The position numbers were made by a program, and so were the translations under genes. A DNA stretch of 63,549 nucleotides, filler included, from Parasitella parasitica NRRL 2501 (lineage: Eukaryota; Fungi; Mucoromycota): the NCBI GenBank assembly GCA_025201805.1. It is 5 parts of 5 records of this genome, joined end to end, with 100 filler letters (N's around TTAATTAATTAA, not from the genome) between each part and the next. Parts side by side here need not be neighbours in the genome. Positions count along the whole stretch, not along the records: positions 28,242 to 57,684 come from MU619443.1; positions 57,785 to 59,922 come from MU619496.1; positions 60,023 to 61,844 come from MU619298.1; positions 61,945 to 63,549 come from MU619619.1; 1 more part is not named here. One strand, written 5' to 3'. The notes under the pieces are model-generated. The model was not told the DNA's origin, did no database searches, and saw nothing but the letters and a program-made list of their open reading frames with translations. This document shows, one piece after another, positions 52,095 through 63,549 of this stretch; position 1 is the stretch's first letter, and the number at the start of each line of letters is the position of its first letter.

Positions 52095-53482
52095 TTAAAA
52101 CTGACAAAGTTTAGCTGCATCAATCATAGCAATGGATGCACCCAAGCACCACCCAGTTTCAGCCCCACGGATTTTTTTGGCCGTGCGTACTAGTCTATCA
52201 TTGGGAATATCGTAACCAAACTTTAGTAAATTGTGAATGTAAGTTAAATCCAAACAATAATCAGGCTTTTCTTGTAATGCTTGAAGAGCACCTGGGACAT
52301 GCCGGAACGGTTTAGTTTCACCACGGCATACGCGATCCGTTAATTCTCCTAATTCGCGAACGCTGAATTCAAGTGGCATACCCAGTGGTTGTGTCAAGTC
52401 GTAAAAGTAAGAAAACACATACAAATCTCTATCTTTGAATGTATCTGTAATAGGTGGCTGGTAGACACCATCAAAAGCGCATGGTGCTAATTCACACATC
52501 CTATCCTTGTTGAACACTTTTTCTACAATACTACGGCACTCTGCATGACCAGCTCCAGTACCCAGCAGTTGAATCATAGTCCCATTATTCAAAGCAATTT
52601 CCTCTTTATGATCTCCAGGTAAACAAGGGTGATACACTTTGCCTGTTAAGGCAGCCTCTTCTTTCCACATGTCGACTAATTCCGATTTAATCTGTTTACG
52701 AGCCTCATTCAAGCCGTATCCCAAATAAGAATGCTGATATAAGCCAAATGTGCTATTTTGATAGTCTAATTCATATTTGTGTTCACCCTCTGACATGGAT
52801 TCTGTTGAAGGAAATGTTGGCTCAAACACAATCTGAGTTGATGCACCGCCTAAATCAAATACAGCTGCCGATTGTCCACGTTGACTTTTCTTGAGTTTAC
52901 CCAACAAATAATTGACAGTAATCCAAGCATAAACACCTGGCAGTCGAGGATTTCTTTAGAATGCGCATCGATACATGTGTCTTTTTGTTTATTGTTTTAC
53001 CTTCATCTTTGCCTTCCATAATTTCGATCCCATTCTCTCTGGCGATGGGGAATGGGTATGTTTCCAAATATTTGCGAACACTTTCAAGAATGCGATTGCT
53101 TTTATCGGCACCCAGCATACGTAAGCCTGCTGTTGCTTTAACAGCAATAGGGGTACACTTTCGATATTCTTCGGGCACGCTCTTTACAGCAATTTCCATT
53201 AATGGCTTCAAAGAATTTGCGGCTCCTTCAGCGTCGTCTTTATACGAAGAAAGTCCAGGTTCCAACATGTGAAATACTTCATCCTCCAAAACTGGGTCAT
53301 TGCATATATTGAATCGATATACATGAACACGAGAGCCTGATGATCCAGCATCAATCATGACTGCATATTCAGTTGACGGTTGGCCATCTGTTGTGGCTGA
53401 ACACAGTGTATTACCACTAGCATTTAATTGATCCAACGATGGCACATTGGAATCTAAAGGTTTCTATTATTAGATTCTTTTT

Positions 53483-53553
<71 letters not shown>

Positions 53554-53786
53554 GGCATCATTCTAGCAGCAATACCTTTTTGGGTGTTATTTGAAATGTA
53601 TTTTGTAGTCGAAGGTGAGTACATCAGCCATAAGAATAGGATGAAGAATGTAATCGCAGCAAAGCACTTCCAGAATAAACTCTTCTTGGTCTTGATAGAA
53701 GCCATCATATCTTCAGTTTTTCCTAAAGTAGAGTTTTGTCTCTGACGATAACTGTCCAAAGAAATTACTACAGGGAATTCAGACAC
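52095..53786 (-). CDS. GDA1: Golgi guanosine diphosphatase (GDA1/CD39 apyrase), 3 exons
   Basis: N-terminal TM anchor, [38 protein letters not shown]. Confidence 0.94.
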
Positions 53787-54209
53787 TTTTTTTTAAAAAA
53801 TATGTGCTATAGAAGCGTTCTTTTGTGGCACAACAATGAATATAAAATAGAGGAAGAAAAAAGGGGAAATAGCGAGAAGGGAGTTTGTAATCAATTTATC
53901 AAAGAAAAAACCAATCAATACAAGTATTTTATGGAGAGATAAAAGCTCGAAATTTAGTCCTAAAAAATTATGGAATACTAATAAATTAGACAGCTACCTT
54001 AGATTTACAACAGACAAAGCTATTGCTTAGCAGATGTTGAAGCTTTATTCAGAAATAATGCGCATCTCTAGGCAACAAAAAACTATGACGGTTGGCTGCT
54101 GTGTTACTTAATTTGTGATACTTTTTGTTGTTTTCCGCAACACAAAGAGGCGGCTCTTTTTTCTTCTTCTTTTTGTTTGGANNNNNNNNNNAAAAAAAAA
54201 AAAAAAAAA

Positions 54210-55698
54210 ATGTCTACTTCTTCTTCGAATCGTTTTAAGTTCTCTGGTAATAAGATTGATAACTTTTTAATCGTGATTGTTTTAATAATACTTTCAAAAT
54301 TATGAAAGTTGGCAATGCGTTTGATTCTCTTCGAACGATTCGCGTTCCAGCAAAGGATGGCAGAAGTGGACAAGATATTCAGCTTCAGTATTCGCATCAA
54401 AAGGTCATTGGAAATGGCTCTTTTGGCGTAGTTTATCAAGTTAAATTAGACCATAATGGAGAAGATGCCGCTATAAAAAAAGTTCTGCAAGATAAACGCT
54501 TCAAAGTAAATTATGACTACACTGAAGCAGTACAAATCCATCTTACTTGCAAACATAATAGAACAGAGAACTCGAAATTATGAGACTGATGAACCATCCT
54601 AATATCTGCGCTATCAAGGCCTATTTTTATTCGCAAGGAGACTATAAGGTGATTATCCCTACTGTATATGATAATATGTCTGTTACTAAATGTCTTTACT
54701 ACCCCTTGATTTTTAATTGACGTTTTTTCTTTATTAATCTACACTGTACTCCCAAAACGATTCAAGAAAGATGATGTTTATCTAAATCTCGTAATGGAGT
54801 ATGTACCAGAAACAGTATATCGGATCACTCGCTATTATACCAAGATCAAACAAGCTGTGCCCATGCTAATTGTCAAGCTGTACATCTATCAGTTGTTTCG
54901 AAGTCTGGCTTACTCTCATACCCTCGGTATTTGCCATCGCGACATCAAACCTCAGAACCTACTTGTTCATCCCAACACTGGCGTTCTGAAATTGTGCGAT
55001 TTCGGATCTGCCAAGGTTTTGGTCGAAGGCGGTGTCAATGTTGCATACATCTGTTCTCGTTACTATCGTGCTCCAGAGTTGATTTTTGGTGCAAATTCTT
55101 ATACGTCTAGTATTGATATTTGGTCAGCAGGATGTGTTATGGGAGAATTATTATTAGGGCAACCCATGTTTCCGGGAGAAAGTGGTATAGACCAACTTGT
55201 AGAGATTATAAAAGTGTTGGGAACGCCTACAAAAGAGCAGATTTTGACGATGAATCCAAATTATACGGATCACAAATTCCCTTGCATAAAAGCTCACCCA
55301 TTATCCAAGGTATTTCGTTCTCGAGCACCACCAGAAGCACTTGATTTGCTGTCGCAGATTCTGCAATATGATCCAAAATTAAGGCTGACAGCAAGCGAAG
55401 CTTTGGTGCATCCTTTCTTTGATGAACTTCGTAATCCAGAAACTAAGATGGCAACAGGCAAAGAATTACCTGAGCTATTTAATTTCTCGAAAGAAGGTAA
55501 AATATTTTTTCCATAAATTTGCTTGATTATCTATTCATAAACTTCATATCACATCCAGAACTATCGATAAGACCGGATTTAATAGACAAATTGGTCCCAT
55601 CACATTGTATTGATAACTTGAAACAAACATCTGGAATTGACATTACAAATTTTGATCCTATTCCATTAAAAGATTTACGATTGACCAATGTTGAATAA
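54210..55698 (+). CDS. GSK3: Glycogen synthase kinase-3 family kinase (multi-exon)
   Basis: [52 protein letters not shown]. Confidence 0.97.
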
Positions 55699-55717
55699 AG
55701 AACAAACAAACTTTTTA

Positions 55718-56629
55718 TTACTTGGTTGGCTTTTTCTTATGTTTAATCTTCCCGATAATAAACTTCAACTTTTTTTTAGTTTGAGGGCGCAATGGTATAG
55801 TGGTGGGATCATCGTTCTTTGCATAAGTCGATACCCCATTTTTATCCTTGGTCCTCTTTTTTTTCGCTGGTTCCTTTTCTTCACAAACATCATCGTCCTG
55901 GGCTAACTTTCTTTTGTATTGTTCAGAGCCCTCAAATATTTTAAGCATTCTTCCTTTTCTACTATAGTGGGCCATAGCAGTATCCAACCTCCAATTGACT
56001 GCAATACCGTAATTATTTGAGTTGAAAGGATCGTTGCGCATAAAATTTGCCACATTTGATTGCGATCTTAGCACATCAAGGTAGCGAATTACCTTTAAAA
56101 GTTCATTATCAGCAGCACCTTTGATTATATCATTGGAATCAAATGTTTTAATATGAATCAAGTTATAGGGCTGATAAATCAGCTTTGAAATTGTATCATC
56201 CAGCATTATTGTATCTTTGGCATCGTGTCGATTTGAAAAATGATGCCAAGCTTTGGTCAAGTCTTTGACCGTTTCTGTGTTGCGATAGTATTGATCCGGT
56301 TCCAGCTCGAAATGATCTCGGTTCCAAACAAGTTCTAATGGCTGCTGGAAAATTTTGCACATCATCTGCACAGATTGCTGTCTTGCCGAACTCCAAACCA
56401 TTACTGTGAAATGATTGAAAACGAATTCCAAAAATTGCTTGTAATGAGGTCGAACATAATAGCCTCTACCATTCCCTTTTAGACGAGATATCAATGTGCC
56501 ATTCAAATCTAGAATAAGAAGCTGCTTTCTCGGTTCACAGGATATGTGTGATGGCTCTTGAGATATTCGTAGATATTCTTTCGACGGCTGCTTTAACGGT
56601 TGTTCAGTTTTCAGATTTTTGTCATCCAT
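55718..56629 (-). CDS. NIF/FCP1-like HAD phosphatase domain protein
   Basis: LLILDLNGTL, VRPH...FL, VMVWSSA, KDL, TIMLDD. Confidence 0.88.
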   Translation of the reverse strand: MDDKNLKTEQPLKQPSKEYLRISQEPSHISCEPRKQLLILDLNGTLISRLKGNGRGYYVRPHYKQFLEFVFNHFTVMVWSSARQQSVQMMCKIFQQPLELVWNRDHFELEPDQYYRNTETVKDLTKAWHHFSNRHDAKDTIMLDDTISKLIYQPYNLIHIKTFDSNDIIKGAADNELLKVIRYLDVLRSQSNVANFMRNDPFNSNNYGIAVNWRLDTAMAHYSRKGRMLKIFEGSEQYKRKLAQDDDVCEEKEPAKKKRTKDKNGVSTYAKNDDPTTIPLRPQTKKKLKFIIGKIKHKKKPTK

Positions 56630-57314
56630 GCGTCAAGCGAGAAAATAGATGTGAAAGAAAAGCGTGGCTTCCCACTATAAACGGGACTGTGTGTGTAATC
56701 GTACGGAACTGTATTTCCACTCCCAATCTCCTAACTTTTTGAGGAAAATTGCGCACTTGTGCGAGGCTAATTCGCCCAACTTTTTTGAATATAGGTTGAA
56801 CAACATTTTGAATTCTTATAGCAACAAAAGATTATCCACAGAACTGAGCATCTCTTATGAAGACTCTTTTAGAAAACACGAAAATGCATAATAGTAGAAA
56901 AGCATTGTTTTTTTGAACACGTTCATCTGCTATGATGGCCCTAAAAAAATTGTTATGCTATGAAGATAATTGTTTGACGATCAGCAACAAATATGAAAAC
57001 CAACTTGTATTTGTTCGATCCAAAAAGATGTCAGCAAAACATCGTATTTTATAACTGCCAAGTGAACCTGAAAAGTTTTTTGCTAAGTGTTCATAAATAT
57101 CTGAACTCCTTAATACTTTTCGAGATGCAACTCACATCCATTCTCAACGTAATGTGTCCATACGTGGACGGGTAACTCTACTCAACTCGCTTATTTATTC
57201 CAAACTCTTGCATGTCCTACGTTTATCTGTCTTTACTTGAGCCCAACTTCTCTCTTTGCGAAGTCTGGGCACCTGATTTATTAATAGTCGGATGTTCCCT
57301 AGATTCTCTTTTGA

Positions 57315-57684
57315 TACACCTTTTGCCAAAATGATGTCGCAAAAAAAAAATTTAAGGTGTCGCACTTTTTTAAAAAACAGTGTCGCACAATTCAAGAAAA
57401 GAGTGTCGTGCTTTTTAAAAGAAAGATGTCGCGAGGCAGTCATCAAAACATCTAGTGGAATAGCGCACAAACCCTTCAAAAGATGACTGGGCAACTTGGT
57501 TGCTAACGTCTGCAATTGTTTGAGGTGAATAGTGTGAAATACAGCTATAACTCATAGATGTATTTGATAAAGAACCAAATGACACTGTAAACAAATATGA
57601 TAAAATCGGGATAGGCATCATCGCCAACATTGATAGATAACAAAAATAAAGTACATTAATCAAGCTATCAAGGATTTTGCGAAA
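57315..57684. mobile_element. DNA-transposon terminus, copy 2 (cut by gap)
   Basis: Same start as 28087; repeated TGTCGC subterminal motifs. Confidence 0.7.
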
Positions 57685-57811
57685 NNNNNNNNNNNNNNNN
57701 NNNNNNNNNNNNNNNNNNNNNNNNNNNNTTAATTAATTAANNNNNNNNNNNNNNNNNNNNNNNNNNNNNNNNNNNNNNNNNNNNAAAAAATTGGTTAGCG
57801 GAAAGAAAGGT

Positions 57812-57828
57812 GGGGATGTAGCTCAGTT
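57812..57828 (+). tRNA. 5' fragment resembling tRNA-Ala (not a complete gene)
   Basis: GGGGATGTAGCTCAGTT: acceptor-stem 5' strand plus start of the A-box; no anticodon or T arm follows. Confidence 0.4.
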
Positions 57829-59921
57829 TAATGGTTGTTTTTATTAATATATTACATGGATTCAATGGGCACTCGATATGAGCATAAGCCTAGAATTCCA
57901 GAAAATTAAAAGAAACAGTTGCAAAAACCCTTATCAGTGCACTAACGAAAGATAAAAAGGGGAAAAAAGAAAGTGTGGTAGTAGCAAATGAGCGGCATGA
58001 ATACCGGGATATTGGTTTGATCTTGAGGGATGGCCAACGGCTGGGAACTTTGATATGACTTACCACCGAGGCACCGCACAAAGAAGACAAACACAACAAA
58101 CTTTCATCATTGGACAGACAATCTAGCTGTGAACCACGAAAATCCTGGATCAGGATCGGGTGCAATGGTAGCCAAAGGATGCACGAGGCAATCGATGGCA
58201 TGTAGGAGAGCAAGCAAAGCAGACCAGAACCTCGGAGGACCATCAGATGCCTTTGTGGGAAGGCAATTGAGAGCATGGTCAATCCGGTTGACACTAGGAG
58301 GAGCAGAGGGCAAAGCATCCAACATAGTGGGATCCAGGGCACGACAAGTCAAAAAGTGATCGCGAGAGATAAAAGCGCCTGTGGCACAGGGACACTCTTC
58401 TCTACGGTTTGTGAACCGGCCAAGACGCCAACGAACAAGACGACTTCGAGCAGATCGACCAATGGGCAGGTAGAGAACGGGATCTGGGCGAGAGGCAGAC
58501 GAGCGACAAGCACGAAGGAGAACCTGAGAGCCAGAAACAGCAGCAGAAGCAAGTTGACGATCAACCTGATCTTGCCAATAGTCACTAAAGAAACTAGTAA
58601 GACCAGAAAAAGATGGCAGAGGATCAGGGAGGGCTAGATACATTGGGTTTCGACAAATAAATTTGTCTAGCCTGTTGTATAGCATGCTGTTTCGAATTAG
58701 CACCAGTAAGCAATCCTCAGGAAGCGTATCAGCACGCAGCGCAAAGCGAGTAGCCAGAACATTGTAGCGATGCTTCATGCTTGGAATACAGGTTATATGT
58801 TTGGCAACATTGTACCATGTACCACCAACAAACATACCCACCAGCCGGTTTTGCAGATCATCCAAAGCTTTAAAGTCACGGAACGAAAAATGTGATATAG
58901 CTAATCCAAATTCCAGTTTTGGACGAATAAAGCTTTTGTACAGACGAGAACAGAGCAACAACGAAAAACCATTACGATTTACGCCAATCGAGTTCAACAA
59001 TGCCATTGTCTTAATAGCACCAGCGGCGCGCAGAGTAAGGATCCCAGAAGCATATAGACCCTTGTAACGAAAAGGCATACCAAGGTACGTGAATTCTTCA
59101 ACGACCGCAAGAGGCTCACCATATATCCTAAGAGGATTACGAGTCGACGTCGAAGGAGCACAGATCACAGCACATTTGCTGGGGTTCCATCGATAGCCAA
59201 GGGACAACAGGGAATGTTCTTCAGCCAAATTCAGCATCGCTTGGACATCAGCTTTAGACCCAAAAGACGGCAACATCATCAGCGAAAAGCAAACTATTGA
59301 TACAGAGCCCACGGACGATACCAGGAGAAGAGACCATGGTAGCACCGTTGGCAGCCGTGCGTAGCAAAGCAGGCAGAGAGTTGATGTACAGGGAGTACAA
59401 GTGTGGACTAAGGACTGAGCCTTGTAGTACTCCAGTTGCAGGCACAAAGGGGACAGAACTATGATTGAAAATCAAAACCGACACAGAAACGGCGTCAAAC
59501 ATGTTAATCAACAAATGGAGAACAGGGCGAGGCAGCGTCGATTGGGCCAGAGCATCCCAAATAACACGACGATCCACCGTATCGTAAGCCGATTTGATAT
59601 CCAAGAAGGCGACAACAGGATAGTGGTGGTGGGTGAGAAAGTAATCATGCATCAGGTCATGTAAACAGAGGGCCTGATCCAGCGGACTACGTTGTGGACG
59701 GAAACCACCTTGAGCCACGTCCAGAGCAGGAGAGTGTTCATCGAGAGCAGGCATCAAAGAAAATTCAAACAATTTGCGCATGACCGAGGTAAGCGAAATA
59801 GGTCTGAAATTGCCAGGATCTGAAGCATCACCCTTCTTGTAGATTGGGAAGACTTGGGCTTGACGCCACAGAGCAGGTGTGTACGACCATTGATAGCATA
59901 GCGTAAAGAGCAGAGACAGGA
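57829..59921 (-). mobile_element. Non-LTR retrotransposon (LINE) RT with C-terminal CCHC and 3' UTR
   Basis: NFRPISLT, QGGFR, FLDIKSAYDTV, GVLQGSVLSP, LFADD, WNPSKC, YLG, CPC...SRDHFLTC; frameshift near 59260; stop at 58107; AATAAA near 57840 on the minus strand. Confidence 0.93.
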
Positions 59922-60022
59922 CNNNNNNNNNNNNNNNNNNNNNNNNNNNNNNNNNNNNNNNNNNNNTTAATTAATTAANNNNNNNNNNNNNNNNNNNNNN
60001 NNNNNNNNNNNNNNNNNNNNNN

Positions 60023-61844
60023 GATCCAATGCATTATTGATCAACCGACAGTCAATTACGACACGATGTTCTTTTCCAGTGTATTCGCCCTCACTGTTTT
60101 TCTTACGCACGGTAAAAATAGGTGAATTATGAGGCGTATTTGGTTTAGCTCTCTTAATGACACCATTGTCTCGCCACTTTTCAATTTGTTTCTGAATTAC
60201 AGGCCTTAATGCCTCTGCAATTGGAAATTGCCGGCGACATGTATTTGCAAATGGAGTGCCTTTTTTAATAGGAAATGTAATTTCACTACCAGGGATGTTA
60301 CAATATGCCTTTGCGCTAATACTAGTGTTGGCATCAATAAACGGCTGCAATTCAGCCATCATCCCTGCGCGTTCTTCTTGAGATCCATATGGATCATCAT
60401 TTGGCTTATAAGGATTAGGCTCGATCTTGGGGATTTCATATCCAATTCGATCTGACCAATCTGCTGCTATATTTCTCAAAGTAATACCAACTTTGTAAAG
60501 CAAATCCATGCCAAATACACAATGAACGTTTTCAAATAGATTAAAAACTTCAAACTTAGAATAGACAATCTTTGAGCCATAGTTAATCTTAAGCTCTTCA
60601 TCAGTTTGCCCTTGTCTATTAAATACACTGTTATTTTGTGCTAATTTTATGATGCCATTTTTATTAACAACTTTCAAGTTTAAAAAGGCAACTAGCTGTG
60701 GGGAAATAGCACTAAACGTGCACCCAGTGTCCAACAAGAACCATGTGTTAACTTTAACACCGTTTTGCGACTCTAAAATAACAGGTAGGAAAAGTAGGCC
60801 ATTAGTGTCCATATTTTTACTAGGCATTTGCCTAAAATATTCACTATCATGCTGCTTACATTCGCTATCAATGTCCATGTCATTGCTGACAGGCTTCTTC
60901 TCTCCAATGGTAGCAACAGCAAACGTCTGGTTGCTCTCATCGCTAGATGAAGAGGAAGAAGATGCCTCTGAATCAGTAGAGGCAGCGGCAGCAGCAGGTC
61001 TGGGCACTATGTGCTTGCTTTTCTTTTGCATAGGCTTTCTTTTGTTAGCCGGATTGTTCTTGCACACAGCCTTGTGTGCATACGTGAAGGGGGTATACCC
61101 ACAATCAAAGCATTTGAGGACTTCCCCGCTACCACTCCTTTGGTCACGGTTTTTCTTTCCGTGGTGCTTTCCAGCACGGCGAGTTTTCTTGACTCTACCC
61201 GAATCACGATAGTTTGTCTTGGAGTTGCGTTGACCACTGTAGTGTTGACGGTGGGTCTGCTGTTTAACTTCCCTGGCAACCAAGGCAGCGATCTCCCTTT
61301 GCTTGCGTCGCTTTTCGCCAACATAGTGTGGGTCGTTTACAACCAGGTTGTAAACGCTACGCAGCTGGGAGATTGCATACTCCAGCGTGTCCTTTTTATC
61401 ATCTCTCGATTGAGTGATATGCAGAGAGACGATTGCATAAAGTTCTGACTCAAGACCACGCAAGAGATATTCAACCAAAGCAGCTGGTTCCATCACACCA
61501 GAGAGGTGCTTCAACCCATTGAACTTGTCAATGTACTGTTCCAAGTTTCTGCAGTTGTCCAGTTTGAGCTTTTTCAGGCTTGAGATAGCATTTCGCTTTT
61601 GTTGCTCGGCCGAAATATTATATTTGGCCTTCAACTTCTCGGTGAAGTTGTCCCAATTCAAATGAGGTTCATCTTGTATAAGTTGACAAGTCCAACCAGC
61701 CATGCCCGTAGACATCTGGGGCTTAATCAGGCGGTACCAGTGTTCATTCAAGTCCAACTGATACTGTTCCAGCACATTTTTGAAATTGAGGAGACAGTCC
61801 TCAAGAGTACGATGAACTAAAGGTTGATTATTCATCTTATGTCC
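60023..61844 (-). mobile_element. Ty3/gypsy gag-protease-RT (partial, between gaps)
   Basis: Gag, C-x2-C...H...C knuckle, protease LLDTGC, FGMDLL, RT start HNSPIFTVRKK...RVVIDCRLIN; ORF intact. Confidence 0.93.
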
Positions 61845-62150
61845 NNNNNNNNNNNNNNNNNNNNNNNNNNNNNNNNNNNNNNNNNNNNTTAATTAATTAA
61901 NNNNNNNNNNNNNNNNNNNNNNNNNNNNNNNNNNNNNNNNNNNNAAAAAAAAAAAAAAAAAAAAAAAAAAAACGATATCTTGGATCATCAGCTTTGGGAC
62001 GGAAATCATGCTCAAAATTACACAAAATTACGATGCATTAGTGAGCGAGTCCAATTGTTTTATGTCGGTTTCTTTTGTTAATCAAACGAGAAAGGTGCTT
62101 GTCAGCTACATAAAGACTTAATGCGTTTATTTTTTATTTTATTTTCCTCA

Positions 62151-62893
62151 GTGTCGACCCCTTTACCCGTAAAGACTGGTATGACATCAAAGCACCTTCC
62201 ATGTTTGATGTACGCCAAGTAGGAAAGACTCTTGTCAACCGCACTCAAGGTCTCCGCAACGCCAATGATTCTCTCCAGGGCCGTGTCGTTGAGATGTCTC
62301 TCGGTGATCTCTCCAAGGACGAATCTCGCTCTTTCCGCAAGATCCAATTGAAGGTTGACGAGATCCAAGGCAAGAACTGTCTCACCAACTTTTACCGCAT
62401 GGACATGACCACTGACAAGCTTCGCTCCATGGTCAAGAAGTGGCAATCTTTGATCGAGGCCTTTGTGGACATCAAGACCACTGATGGCTATCTTGTCCGT
62501 ATCTTTGCTGTCTCTTTCACCTCTCGTCGTCGCAACCAAATCAAAAAGACCACCTATGCTCAATCTGCCCAAATCCGCCAAATCCGTAAAAAGATGTTTG
62601 AGATCATGACTGAGGAAGCTGTCGCTTGTGACCTCAAGGAACTCGTTGCCAAGGTTACCTCCAGCGCTTCTCCTTCTGCTCAAGATGCTATTGCTGTCCG
62701 CATTGAAAAGGCCTGCCAAGGTATTTACCCTCTTCAAAACACTTATACTCGTAAGGTAAAGATCCTCAAAGCTCCCAAGTTCGATGTCTCTGCTCTCTTG
62801 GCCCTTCACGGCGGTGCTGCTGCCGCTGGCGATGATACTGGTGCCAAAGCTTCCAAAGATTTCGTTGAACCCGCAATCCAAGCTTCTGTTTAA
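62151..62893 (+). CDS. RPS1: 40S ribosomal protein eS1 (S3a), last exon; first exon not visible (probably in or before the gap)
   Basis: After the acceptor CAG: [18 protein letters not shown]...[10 protein letters not shown]...[13 protein letters not shown]...[11 protein letters not shown]. Confidence 0.97.
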
Positions 62894-63177
62894 ATAAACC
62901 TTTTTTATTTTTTTTTACATCATTACATTTTATATCGCAGCATTCACAAAATTTATTACTAGTTTCATGAATAAAGTTTTTAGCATCTACTACTGCATTG
63001 GTTTTTATAGAATTAAAACATAATCAGGACTAAATACACAAATAGCCTTTTGAATAAATTTACAATTAATGATATTTTGAAATTGTCGAGCCTGGTTGCT
63101 TGCTCAAACAAATTTTAGTATGCCATGCATGTATTAGCTGTAGTCCAGTGCAAAAATTATTCAGCTTCCCCCCCCCA

Positions 63178-63411
63178 TCATTTTGTTTTTGGATACAAAA
63201 ACCAAAACTGTAATTTTGGACGGATCAAAAAATCATGGCTTTCTTTTCTGTAAACGTGGTTTTGGCTTGTTCCGAGATTCAGGAAGCTACTGCATCCCGG
63301 ATTCATTGCAGACACAAAAGATTTAAAAAGTTGTTGGAAACATTTGAAGCAGTGATAGTTGTCTAAATCAGCACCAACATAAACAGTCGCACTGTATAGA
63401 GGTGTTTGCAT
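63178..63411 (-). CDS. Possible 3' part of a gene extending beyond the window
   Basis: 77-aa ORF convergent with RPS1; no motif recognised. Confidence 0.25.
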   Translation of the reverse strand: MQTPLYSATVYVGADLDNYHCFKCFQQLFKSFVSAMNPGCSSFLNLGTSQNHVYRKESHDFLIRPKLQFWFLYPKTK

Positions 63412-63549
63412 TAATGTACCAGTAGTGAGAACAAAGGTTTGTAGAATCCACTAATTGCTATCAAAATGCACACATATACAACCCACAGATAGCTCCTCAA
63501 AGCCATGTACGTATATACAATAATGAAGACTGTGATCCTTTTTTTTTTT

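Noticed and set aside
53454-53575. Poly-lysine protein tail in ORF 53454-53786
   Set aside because: It is the translated intronic homopolymer of GDA1.
62102-62881. 259-aa antisense ORF over RPS1 (likewise antisense ORFs over RPL21, GMD, the permease and the LINE)
   Set aside because: Shadow ORFs caused by codon bias of the real genes.

Overview
Eukaryotic, AT-rich, intron-containing fungal DNA, very likely Mucorales (inferred from short GT-AG introns, GDP-mannose 4,6-dehydratase, a U12-type intron and the transposon families). It is a draft scaffold with N gaps and artificial TTAATTAATTAA contig linkers. Two blocks of housekeeping genes are present: 5.5-27 kb (RPL21, RIM2-like carrier, PPE1, Zn2Cys6-PAS factor, GMD, GPAT-like acyltransferase, FCP1, amino-acid permease, polo kinase) and 50.9-56.6 kb (RER2, GDA1, GSK3, NIF phosphatase), plus RPS1 at 62 kb. 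They are separated by mobile-element regions. 1-4.5 kb holds a Ty3/gypsy 3' end whose LTR is split at its TATA box by a Crypton tyrosine-recombinase element. 28-50.6 kb is a TE island with a compact cluster of Tc1/IS630-derived helix-turn-helix genes (including an intact but apparently catalytically dead transposase) and an AT-hook gene, a MULE-like transposase fused to a 3'-5' exonuclease, nested LTR elements and a decayed Fanzor (TnpB-like) gene with a candidate omega-RNA. 57.3-61.8 kb holds a LINE abutting a tRNA-Ala 5' fragment and another Ty3/gypsy. All family calls come from motif recognition by eye; no database search was run.
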